A stretch of 16,266 bases of DNA from Myxococcota bacterium (GCA_036338695.1 JAYZBQ010000020.1:1-16266), one strand, 5' to 3'. Positions 7,613 to 15,985 are shown, counted from the stretch's first letter. Notes: generated by a model not told the origin, from the letters alone. Made by a program: numbers and translations.

Positions 7613-8704
7613 TCACCGACAGCCGTGCGCCTCCCGGACGGACTGGATCTCGCCGAGCAGGTCCGGATCTTCCACGAGCTCCATGATGGCGTCGTCACGG
7701 ATGCCGAGTTGGTTCATGTCTTCGGTCGCCTCGAGGTAGAGCCACGCCCGGCCCCAAAGCGTCAGGATGGCTTGCCGCCAGCAGGGGTCTCCTAGGATAA
7801 ACTCATGCGCCGCCGGGTAGTCAGCTCGCGCCATGGCGAGGTAACGCTGGACCCACCAGAGCGTGGTGAGGATCCCGTCTCGCCCTGAGATCGACCCTTG
7901 GTAGCGCTCGTTGAGCGCATAGTTGGTCGCCAGGCTGTTCACATACTGAAACGCCTCTTCCATCAGCATATTGAAGCCCTGATCGCCGCTGTCGAAGTTC
8001 TGGTCGTCAGGGTCTCCGTTGAGGTAGATGTTGGCGTAGGTGTCGCAGTCCTCGCCGCGCGCGCAGGGAGGGCGAAGGTCGGCGTAGCGGTCATCTCGGA
8101 TCCGACTGCGCGCAAAGGTTCGGCCGCGTCGATCGGTGGTGTCACCTTGCGTGCACTCAAGGGTGAGGTCCTCACGCACGACGAAGACGTTGCGCCCTCG
8201 ACCGAAACCTAAGCCGATGTCGAGGAAGTGCCCACATTCGTGGACAAAGGTCCCCATCTGGCGATCGATGGCGCTCGGGCTGCTGCGGTCTCGAACAAAC
8301 GCGTCAAGACAATCGCCGAGCTGATCTGGCGCCTCGACCAACGCATCCTCCACGATCGTCCAGCCGAGCGGATAGCGAGCGCGGAGCACACCCTCCACGT
8401 AGGCACGCCAGGCGTCCGGGCTGTAGTCGCTGCTCAGCGCAGAGATGTCGGCGTTGGCCGGAGGCAGGGTCTCGCGATATTGTCCATCCAGGCACTGGGG
8501 GTCGATCAGCGGGCTGGTAGGCACCACCGCGCCGGCGTCGGGTTGAGGCGAGCCCGCATCCAGAACGCCCGATCCTGCGTCTGCGCCCGGTGTGACAGCG
8601 CCTGCGTCACGGTTGCGGTCGCCGCCGCCACCGCTTTGGCTGGGTTGTGGCGGACCGCAAGCGACCACGGCAAGGCTGAGCAAGAGGGCGATGCGCTGAA
8701 TCAT
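7613..8704 (-). CDS. Lipoprotein of unknown function with HExxH zinc-metallopeptidase-like motif
   Basis: Lipobox-like LAVVA-C16, GAGGAG SD upstream, DAG-rich linker, FVHECGH at 8242-8228, downstream LMEEAFQY, and several Cys; 363 aa. Confidence 0.8.
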   Translation of the reverse strand: MIQRIALLLSLAVVACGPPQPSQSGGGGDRNRDAGAVTPGADAGSGVLDAGSPQPDAGAVVPTSPLIDPQCLDGQYRETLPPANADISALSSDYSPDAWRAYVEGVLRARYPLGWTIVEDALVEAPDQLGDCLDAFVRDRSSPSAIDRQMGTFVHECGHFLDIGLGFGRGRNVFVVREDLTLECTQGDTTDRRGRTFARSRIRDDRYADLRPPCARGEDCDTYANIYLNGDPDDQNFDSGDQGFNMLMEEAFQYVNSLATNYALNERYQGSISGRDGILTTLWWVQRYLAMARADYPAAHEFILGDPCWRQAILTLWGRAWLYLEATEDMNQLGIRDDAIMELVEDPDLLGEIQSVREAHGCR

Positions 8705-8894
8705 GACGTGCTCTCCTCGCGTTCAGCCTAGCGGATGCGAGCCTCCTACAAAAGCGGCGGCGAGGCGCCTCATCCTTTGTGTGGAGCGGTCGCAGCGCAA
8801 ACCGGAGTATCGCGCGACCGCTGCGCTCGATCAGAGACCGTCCGTTGACCCCTCGAGCGATCCCGTCGATAAGACGCATCAGGAGGAGCACACG

Positions 8895-10604
8895 ATGGCA
8901 TCACCGAAATTTCCCGAACCCCCCTCCGACATGACGCCCTCTAGCCATGAGGACTGCGACCAGGCGCTCGCTGAGCTGAGGGCTGCAGCGCCGGTTTGGG
9001 CTGCGCTCGGCACAGCCGATCGAGCCAAGCTGCTGCGCGCATGCCTTGCGACCATGAGCGCTGAAGCCGACGCGTGGGCAGCCAGCGCGTGCGCCGCCAA
9101 GGGTCACGATCGCTACGGTTCGGGTGAGGGCGAGGAGCTGATCAACGGGGTGATGACGGTGATGCGCAATCTACGCCTCTTTGCCGATGCGCTGGATCAT
9201 GGGGGGCAGCCTCCGCTCCCCAAGGTGCGAACGCGCCCAGACGGACAGCGGGTGGTCCAGGTTTTCCCTCAGTCGGCGCAGGACCGGGTGCTGCTGACCG
9301 GCTACAGCGCCGAGGTTTGGGTTGAGCCAGGGCAGGAGCCGACTCAGGGGCAGATCTACCGCGCCAAAGCGGCTGGCGAGGTCGGTGAGGGCGGCGTGGC
9401 GCTGGTGCTCGGCGCCGGCAATCAAGCCTCGATCGGTCCGATGGACGTGCTGCATAAGCTCATCGCCGAGGACGAGGTGTGCCTGCTGAAGATGAACCCG
9501 GTGAACGATTATCTCGGGCCCCATCTGCTCAGGGCGCTAAGGCCCCTGGTCGAGCGCAACCTCCTGAGGGTCGTTTATGGAGGCGCTGAGATTGGCGATT
9601 ATCTGTGCAACCATGACGAGGTCGACAGCATCCACATCACCGGCTCGGAGCGGACGCATGACGCCATCGTGTGGGGGGGGACCCCGGAGCAGGTGGCGCA
9701 GCGCAAAGCAGCAGGGGAGCGACGCAACCACAAGCCGATCACCAGCGAACTCGGCGCCGTCAGCCCGATTCTTGTGGTCCCGGGTGATTGGACCGAGCAG
9801 GAGCTCGCATTTCAGGCGCGGCAAGTCGCGTCCATGGTGGCTCAAAATGCCAGCTTCAACTGCAACGCCGGCAAGGTGTTGGTGTTGTCCGAGGGCTGGA
9901 GCCATCGAGCTCGCTTCGTCGAGTTGCTGCGCGAACAGCTGAGCAAAACGCCGAGCCGGCGCGCCTACTATCCGGGCGCTCAGGCGCGCTACCAAGACTT
10001 CTTGGATCACTACCCGCAAGCCGAGCCGCTTAGCGGCGCCGGTGAAGAGGTGATCCCTTGGACCTTGATCGAGGGCGTGGGCACGGGACCGGCTGAATAC
10101 GCCACCAAGACCGAGGCGTTCTGCGGCATCCTCGCCGCGGTCACGCTGCCCGCTGACGGCGCAAGTAGCTACCTCGAGCAGGCGGTGACGTACTGCAACG
10201 AGACCATGTGGGGGACCCTCAGCTGCAACGTCCTGATCGATCCGCGCACGGAGCGGCAGCACCAGGCAGCCTTTGACCAAGCCATCGCCGACCTACGTTA
10301 CGGGGCGATCGGCATCAACTGTTGGTCGGGGCTGGTCTACGGCCTGTGCAGTACGACCTGGGGCGCGTTTCCGGGGCATACACTCGAGGACATCCAGAGC
10401 GGGCGCGGGACCGTCCACAACACGCTCCTGATCGACCATCCGCAAAAGAGCGTGGCGAGGGCGCCGTGGCGCATGAAACCGCTGGCGCTTTGGTTCGTGG
10501 ACCACGCCAACCTGTATGCCACCGCGCAACGGCTCATCGCCTTCGAGAAGAACCCGAGTTGGTTCAAGATCCCCGGGATCGCCGCTCAAGCCTTCAAGGG
10601 CTAA
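8895..10604 (+). CDS. Aldehyde dehydrogenase family protein (atypical subfamily)
   Basis: Start reassigned to ATG 8895 behind AGGAGGAG. LGAGNQ, LKMNPVN, HITGS, SELGAVSP (general-base Glu), NASFNCNA (catalytic Cys) and EAFCG motifs; 569 aa. Confidence 0.9.
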   Translation: MASPKFPEPPSDMTPSSHEDCDQALAELRAAAPVWAALGTADRAKLLRACLATMSAEADAWAASACAAKGHDRYGSGEGEELINGVMTVMRNLRLFADALDHGGQPPLPKVRTRPDGQRVVQVFPQSAQDRVLLTGYSAEVWVEPGQEPTQGQIYRAKAAGEVGEGGVALVLGAGNQASIGPMDVLHKLIAEDEVCLLKMNPVNDYLGPHLLRALRPLVERNLLRVVYGGAEIGDYLCNHDEVDSIHITGSERTHDAIVWGGTPEQVAQRKAAGERRNHKPITSELGAVSPILVVPGDWTEQELAFQARQVASMVAQNASFNCNAGKVLVLSEGWSHRARFVELLREQLSKTPSRRAYYPGAQARYQDFLDHYPQAEPLSGAGEEVIPWTLIEGVGTGPAEYATKTEAFCGILAAVTLPADGASSYLEQAVTYCNETMWGTLSCNVLIDPRTERQHQAAFDQAIADLRYGAIGINCWSGLVYGLCSTTWGAFPGHTLEDIQSGRGTVHNTLLIDHPQKSVARAPWRMKPLALWFVDHANLYATAQRLIAFEKNPSWFKIPGIAAQAFKG

Positions 10605-12934
10605 AAGCAGCTCCGCTCGATCCGGCGCAGCGCCGTCCGCTGCTGGTTGTCGTCAGTGAGCGCCAGCGAGTTCTCATCCGCCATCGAGGCCGCGAAGAAC
10701 AGCGGCCGCTGGTTGTCGCCGGGCGTGAGCGTCAGCAGCGTACCTACGAGCTCGTAGGTGCCTTGAAGCTCGACAGTACAGTTCGCTGCGTTCGAAAGCT
10801 TCTTGAAGGCGTTGTTGGCGCCAAAGGCGTAGCCGGCGTTTCCTTCCGCCTGCCACGTGCCGAGTAGCTGTTGCGGGTTCACCTCCGCCGGCGGCGGGGG
10901 ACCGTCGTTGCGGGTGTGGCAGTCCGATTCAAGCCGGCTGTAGACGACCTCTTGGCCGTTGATAATGACCGCAAAGCTGTTGGCGTTGACCGCCCGGAAC
11001 GGCTCGCGCCGCTCGTCGATCTGACCGTTTTGATCCGTGTAGAGTCGCTCTAGTGACGGCGGCTCGGCGATCAGCCGGTAGGAGAATGACGCCTGCACCA
11101 AGCAGTTCTCGAGCGAGCTGATCTCCTGCCCAAGATTACCCACGTTGTCGCGCCGGAACACCAGCGTAGGCTGACCGTTCACTTCAGTGCCCCAGGTGCC
11201 GATGATGGCGTAGTCCAGCTCGCTCTCTTGACCTGCGACGTGGCAGTTACTCTGACTGCGCCGGTAGGTCACCGGCCGGTTGTCGATCGTCAGGGTGAAG
11301 CTGTTGTCGTCGATCCGTGTGAAGGGGTGTGGTACGCGCACCAGCTGGTTGTCTCGGTTGAGGAGTAGGGTCAAAACGGGTGGGTCGCCAGCGAGCGTGT
11401 AGGAGAAGCCTTCGCCCGCCTCGCAGCCGTTGATGTTGGTGATGTACTGACCGTAGAACCCTTGTTGATCTTGATTCAGAGCTAGACCGGGTTGCCCTTC
11501 CGCCTCCCATGTGCCGACGATCGGGTAGTCGATCGGCTCGCCGCCACCACCGCCTGGGTCGTGGCAGTTGCCGTTGGTCTTGGTGTAGCGCCAGGTGACC
11601 CCGTCGCGGCTGATCGCAAAGGCGTTGTCGCCCGAGGGGCGGAACTCATACACGTCGACCTGAGGCTGACCGTTGGGGTTCGGCACGCCCTCAGGGTCGC
11701 GCATGACCTCAAGACGCGGCGGGTTGTCCGCTAGACGGTAACTGAAGATCTCGGTCATGGCACAGTTGTCCACCGCCTGCACCGTCATCCCCGCACCTTC
11801 GGCGGAGAACGCAAAGTTGGGCGCGCCTTGATCGGACGACGACCAGGTCCCGATGATGGGGTAGTCTAGGTCCTGCCCCTGTTCTTCACCGTGACAATTC
11901 TGTTCCGCCCGAGCGTAGCTGACCTCGACGCCCTCGCGGCTGATCGCAAAACGGTTCTCGTCCACTGCGCGGAAGCTGTAGACCAGCTGCTCTTCCTGCT
12001 CCGACTCCGCAATGAGCACGAACTCCGGCGGGACCTTGGTCAGGATGTAAGGCCTCGTCTGCGTGACACCGCAGCTCTCGAGGTTGTCCAGGGCTTTCCA
12101 CTCGCCGGTGACCGTCAGCGCTATGTTGGGCTGGTCCGGTGTTGACGGCGTCCAGGTTCCGACGATGTTGTACTCGTTGGGCTGCCGCTCGCAGTTCTCC
12201 TCCGCTCGGATCCAGCGCTCGGCTGTGCCGTCGGCTGTACGGACCTCTAAAACGCCCTCCGCCTCCGAGGTGACTTGGTACACCGTCTCGTCGTCGCCGA
12301 TGCGGATCCGCAAGAGCCCTACACCGTCGATATCCCAGTCGCCCACGGCGTCCTGCGTGCACTCGGCGACGTTGTCGCTGCGAACGTAGCGGTTCATGCC
12401 GGTCAAGATATGTCCGCGGTCGCCTTGCCCCTCAACGCGCCAGGTCGCTGCGACCCGCTCGCGCAGATCACCCACCGCAGCCGGTTTTTCGCAGCCCGGA
12501 TTTTGACGCGAAAGCGCCATCGGCTCCATGCCCTCTGGGGTGATCTCCAAGCGATCGCCGTCCACGACGTAGTTTTGTGGTTGCCCCGGCTGCTCGCCCA
12601 TCTGGATGAAGAGCTGCTCGCCCTCAACGCGCCACCTGCCGAGCTCGGCTGCGACACATTGCGCGACACGCCCAAACACGGCGACGCTGGCGTCATCGTA
12701 AAAGGCGACCCCGTCGACGCCCGAGCCCGCCATCGGCGCGACGAATGCCCACGTCCCCAGCAGTGGATTGTCCGCAGGGATGACCGGTTGCGCCGCATCG
12801 GGGCTCGATGTGCCCGCATCGGTCGAGACCGGAGCTGCGGCGTCTGTTCCGCCGGTCGGTGACGTGTCATCCGAACAGCCGGCACACGACATGCCAAGGA
12901 TCACCAAGGGCAACATCACGAGCTGCAGACGCAT
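10601..12934 (-). CDS. Lipoprotein with seven tandem lipocalin-like domains
   Basis: Likely start ATG 12934 (GGAG 8 nt upstream; 12940 is an alternative). Signal MRLQLVMLPLVILGMSCAG-C, DAG/DAA linker, then seven ~90-105 aa units beginning with a (L/I)(L/I/V)GTW-type motif (VAATW in unit 2) and ending (R/K)xxxxC. Confidence 0.85.
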   Translation of the reverse strand: MRLQLVMLPLVILGMSCAGCSDDTSPTGGTDAAAPVSTDAGTSSPDAAQPVIPADNPLLGTWAFVAPMAGSGVDGVAFYDDASVAVFGRVAQCVAAELGRWRVEGEQLFIQMGEQPGQPQNYVVDGDRLEITPEGMEPMALSRQNPGCEKPAAVGDLRERVAATWRVEGQGDRGHILTGMNRYVRSDNVAECTQDAVGDWDIDGVGLLRIRIGDDETVYQVTSEAEGVLEVRTADGTAERWIRAEENCERQPNEYNIVGTWTPSTPDQPNIALTVTGEWKALDNLESCGVTQTRPYILTKVPPEFVLIAESEQEEQLVYSFRAVDENRFAISREGVEVSYARAEQNCHGEEQGQDLDYPIIGTWSSSDQGAPNFAFSAEGAGMTVQAVDNCAMTEIFSYRLADNPPRLEVMRDPEGVPNPNGQPQVDVYEFRPSGDNAFAISRDGVTWRYTKTNGNCHDPGGGGGEPIDYPIVGTWEAEGQPGLALNQDQQGFYGQYITNINGCEAGEGFSYTLAGDPPVLTLLLNRDNQLVRVPHPFTRIDDNSFTLTIDNRPVTYRRSQSNCHVAGQESELDYAIIGTWGTEVNGQPTLVFRRDNVGNLGQEISSLENCLVQASFSYRLIAEPPSLERLYTDQNGQIDERREPFRAVNANSFAVIINGQEVVYSRLESDCHTRNDGPPPPAEVNPQQLLGTWQAEGNAGYAFGANNAFKKLSNAANCTVELQGTYELVGTLLTLTPGDNQRPLFFAASMADENSLALTDDNQQRTALRRIERSCF

Positions 12935-13135
12935 AGGCATCTCTCCCTCAAAGGTGCGCAATCCTAACGAAAACGCACGATTTGTACTACCGGTCTCAGC
13001 GACCTTTTATTTCGTGGCGCTTCGGCTTCGCTAATCAACTGAAGATCCTCTGAGCATGGGGCGTGGTGAGCGCTCGCTCAGGTGGTCTGATGAACGCTGG
13101 GAAGTCGACGCTGGTCAAGCGCTGAGGAAGCCGTT

Positions 13136-13678
13136 ATGCGCGCTCTCACGGGAGGCGATGTGGGGCAGGTTTTACTAGAGGGTGAAGCGCTCGAATCGCT
13201 GATTGTTCAGTGGTGCGATGCGTTGGCGCATTGTGTCGGCGAGGATGTCCTGATCATTGGGATCCGCACGGGGGGGGACGTCCTCGCTGAGCGCGCATTG
13301 TTGCATCTGCGAGGCGCTGGGCGACGGGCTGACCTGGGTCTGCTCGACATCGCCCTATATCGCGACGACCATGGGCTCCGCACGGGCGTGCCGCGTGTAC
13401 TCGGGACGGATATCCCGCACGAGCTTGACGATCGAGAGGTCGTCTTGATCGATGACGTCTTTTACACCGGCCGCACCATCCGTGCTGCGCTGAGCCGGCT
13501 CTCGGACCTGGGTCGCCCAAAGACCATTCGGCTTGCGGCGCTGGCGCGGCGACCGGGACACCAGGTCCCGATCGTCCCGGACGTGATCGGTTACGAGGTG
13601 CCGGACCCCGGCCCCAAGCAGCGCGTCCAGCTCGACCTCTCGGCGCAGACGCTGAGTCTTGAGAAGGGGAACCGATGA
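13136..13678 (+). CDS. pyrR: PyrR-family protein (pyr regulator/uracil phosphoribosyltransferase fold)
   Basis: IGIRTGG, LDIALYRDD and the PRPP-binding VVLIDDVFYTGRTIRAAL..GRP motif; located directly upstream of pyrB. Confidence 0.92.
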   Translation: MRALTGGDVGQVLLEGEALESLIVQWCDALAHCVGEDVLIIGIRTGGDVLAERALLHLRGAGRRADLGLLDIALYRDDHGLRTGVPRVLGTDIPHELDDREVVLIDDVFYTGRTIRAALSRLSDLGRPKTIRLAALARRPGHQVPIVPDVIGYEVPDPGPKQRVQLDLSAQTLSLEKGNR

Positions 13679-14652
13679 AGCCGGTCTCATTGATCAGGCC
13701 AGGCGCCGCCATCGCCTCAGATCGAAGCGGCTGGCCGCGCCACCTGCTCAGCTGTGATGGGCTGAGTCTTGAGGCGGTCGACCAGCTCTTCACGACGGCG
13801 CGCGAGATGCGTCAGGTCGGGCGCCGAAGGGTCAAAAAGCTGCCCACTTTACGTGGGCGCACCATCATCAACGCGTTCTTCGAAAACAGCACCCGCACGC
13901 GCGTCAGTTTTGAGCTGGCGGGCAAGCGCATGGGCGCCGACGTGATCAACTTTTCGGCCTCCGGCTCGTCCGCCGCCAAGGGGGAGACCCTGGGGGACAC
14001 AGCGCGCACGCTCGATGCGATGAATCCGGACCTGATCGTCGTTCGTCATGGCGCAGGTGGCGCGCCCTGGTTCCTGGCTGAGCGTCTGAGCTGCGCCGTC
14101 GTGAACGCAGGCGATGGCATCAACGAGCACCCGACCCAAGCGCTGCTCGACGCCTTCACGTTGACCGAACACCTCGGTGACTTGAGCGGGCGAAAGATCC
14201 TGATCGTGGGCGACATCGCCCACAGCCGCGTCGCTCGTTCCAACATTCATCTGCTGTCCACCCTCGGCGCTGAGGTGACCTGCGTGGCGCCGTCGACGAT
14301 GATCCCCCGAGGCTTCGCAGAGGCGCTGCCTGCGCGCTGGCACAGCGAGCTCGATGACCTGATCGAGACGGCGGATGCTGTGATGATGCTGCGGATTCAG
14401 CGCGAGCGGATGAAGCAGTCGCTGTTTCCGCAGGATCGTGAGTTCTCCATCCGGTTTGGGCTCAACCCTGCGCGCGCCGATCGCCTACCTGATCACGCCA
14501 TCATCATGCACCCCGGTCCGATTAATCGAGGCGTGGAGATCGACCCGGCGGTCGCCGATGGTCGACGCGCCGTGATCCTGGATCAGGTGGAGAACGGCGT
14601 GGCGCTTCGCATGGCGATCGGATTCCTTTTGTTGGGAGGATCACCCGAATGA
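13675..14652 (+). CDS. pyrB: Aspartate carbamoyltransferase catalytic subunit
   Basis: FFENSTRTRVSFE, KGETLGDT, NAGDG..EHPTQALLD, GDIAHSRVARSN, LRIQRER and MHPGPINRGVEI motifs; ATGA overlap with pyrR. Confidence 0.97.
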   Translation: MKPVSLIRPGAAIASDRSGWPRHLLSCDGLSLEAVDQLFTTAREMRQVGRRRVKKLPTLRGRTIINAFFENSTRTRVSFELAGKRMGADVINFSASGSSAAKGETLGDTARTLDAMNPDLIVVRHGAGGAPWFLAERLSCAVVNAGDGINEHPTQALLDAFTLTEHLGDLSGRKILIVGDIAHSRVARSNIHLLSTLGAEVTCVAPSTMIPRGFAEALPARWHSELDDLIETADAVMMLRIQRERMKQSLFPQDREFSIRFGLNPARADRLPDHAIIMHPGPINRGVEIDPAVADGRRAVILDQVENGVALRMAIGFLLLGGSPE

Positions 14653-15965
14653 TCAACTGTGGACAGACACCCCGCTGGATCCGTGGGGGACGCGTCTTGG
14701 ACCCCGCACAAGAGCTCGACGCCGAGCACGACGTCGAGCTGCTCGACGGGCGCATCGTAGCGCTTCATCCTAAGGGGAGCGCGCCTGCTGATGATACGGC
14801 GATCGACGCTTCGGGGCTCTGGGTGACGCCAGGGCTCATCGACATCCACGTGCACTTTCGTGAGCCTGGACAAGAGTACAAAGAGGACCTCCTGACCGGG
14901 TCGCGTGCTGCGGTCGCAGGCGGCTTTACATCGGTGGTCTGCATGCCGAACACCGATCCGGCGGTGGACCGGCGCGAGGTGGTCTCATTGCTCCGGCGTC
15001 GAAGCCAAGAGATCGGCTTGTGTGACGTGCACGTCTGCGGCGCGATCAGCCGGGGTCTGGGCGGCGAGCGGTTGGCTGACCTTGGCGAGATGGCGGCCGC
15101 GGGCGCCGTGGCGTTTAGCGACGACGGGATGCCGGTCATGGACTCGGGGTTGTTGAGGCGCGCGCTTGAGTATGCAACCGACCTTGAGCGCCCGCTGATG
15201 TTGCACGAGGAGGATTTTGGGCTCACCGGGGGCGGCTGCATGCACGAGGGGCGGATCAGCACGCGCGCAGGGCTGCTCGGGATGCCGATCTCAGGCGAGA
15301 GCGGTATGATCGCTCGAGACCTTGAGATCCTCGAGGAATTTGGTGGGCGGCTGCATATCTGCCACCTAAGCACCGCCGAGGGCTTGCGCCTCGTGCGCGA
15401 TGCCCGCGCTCGCGGCTTGAACGTGACCTGCGAGGTCACCCCGCATCATCTGTTCCTGACGGACGATGCGGTGCTTCAGTCGGGTTACCACAGCCACACC
15501 AAGATGAGTCCCCCGCTGCGTCCGCAGCGGCATGTGGATGCGCTGCGTCAAGGGTTAGCAGACGGCAGCGTCCACGCCATCGCCACGGACCACGCACCGC
15601 ATTCGGACACCGAGAAAGACCACGACTTCTCGTGCAGTGCGTTTGGGGTGACGGGCTTGGAGATCAGCTTGGCGTTGACGCTCAAGCTCGTCGAGGAGGG
15701 CGTGATCGACCGCTTACGGGCGATCGAGCTGCTCACCAGCGGTCCCGCGGAGGTGGTGCGTTGGTCGGACCGTGGGTCGCTCAAGCAGGGCATGCGAGCC
15801 GATCTGTGCTTGATTGACCCGAGCGAGGAGTGGGTTGTTGACCCGGCTTACGGATGGTCCCGCAGCGTCAACACGCCCTTCGTGGGTTGGTCCCTGACCG
15901 GACGCCCCGTAGCGACCGTGTACGAAGGGCGTGTGGTCTACGCCAACCGCAAGCCCGCCGCCTAA
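14649..15965 (+). CDS. pyrC: Dihydroorotase (long, type I)
   Basis: PGLIDIHVHFREPG, AVAGGFT..CMPNT, FSDDG, LHEED, LHICHLST, EVTPHHL and ATDHAPH motifs; metal ligands appear intact; ATGA overlap with pyrB. Confidence 0.96.
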   Translation: MINCGQTPRWIRGGRVLDPAQELDAEHDVELLDGRIVALHPKGSAPADDTAIDASGLWVTPGLIDIHVHFREPGQEYKEDLLTGSRAAVAGGFTSVVCMPNTDPAVDRREVVSLLRRRSQEIGLCDVHVCGAISRGLGGERLADLGEMAAAGAVAFSDDGMPVMDSGLLRRALEYATDLERPLMLHEEDFGLTGGGCMHEGRISTRAGLLGMPISGESGMIARDLEILEEFGGRLHICHLSTAEGLRLVRDARARGLNVTCEVTPHHLFLTDDAVLQSGYHSHTKMSPPLRPQRHVDALRQGLADGSVHAIATDHAPHSDTEKDHDFSCSAFGVTGLEISLALTLKLVEEGVIDRLRAIELLTSGPAEVVRWSDRGSLKQGMRADLCLIDPSEEWVVDPAYGWSRSVNTPFVGWSLTGRPVATVYEGRVVYANRKPAA

Positions 15966-15985
15966 GATTCGAGGCTTGACCCGAG

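Noticed and set aside
8703..8894. 64-codon in-frame extension of ALDH
   Set aside because: Its ATG overlaps the divergent gene's start and has no SD, whereas ATG 8895 has AGGAGGAG.
13087..13125. CTGATGA as a hammerhead ribozyme core or C/D-box motif
   Set aside because: No stem II followed by GAAA and no compatible three-way junction; C/D boxes are not expected in bacteria.
14649..15965. Inactive PyrC' as in Pseudomonas pyrR-pyrB-pyrC'
   Set aside because: HVH, LHEED, HICH and TDHAPH ligand motifs are retained, so an active dihydroorotase is more likely.
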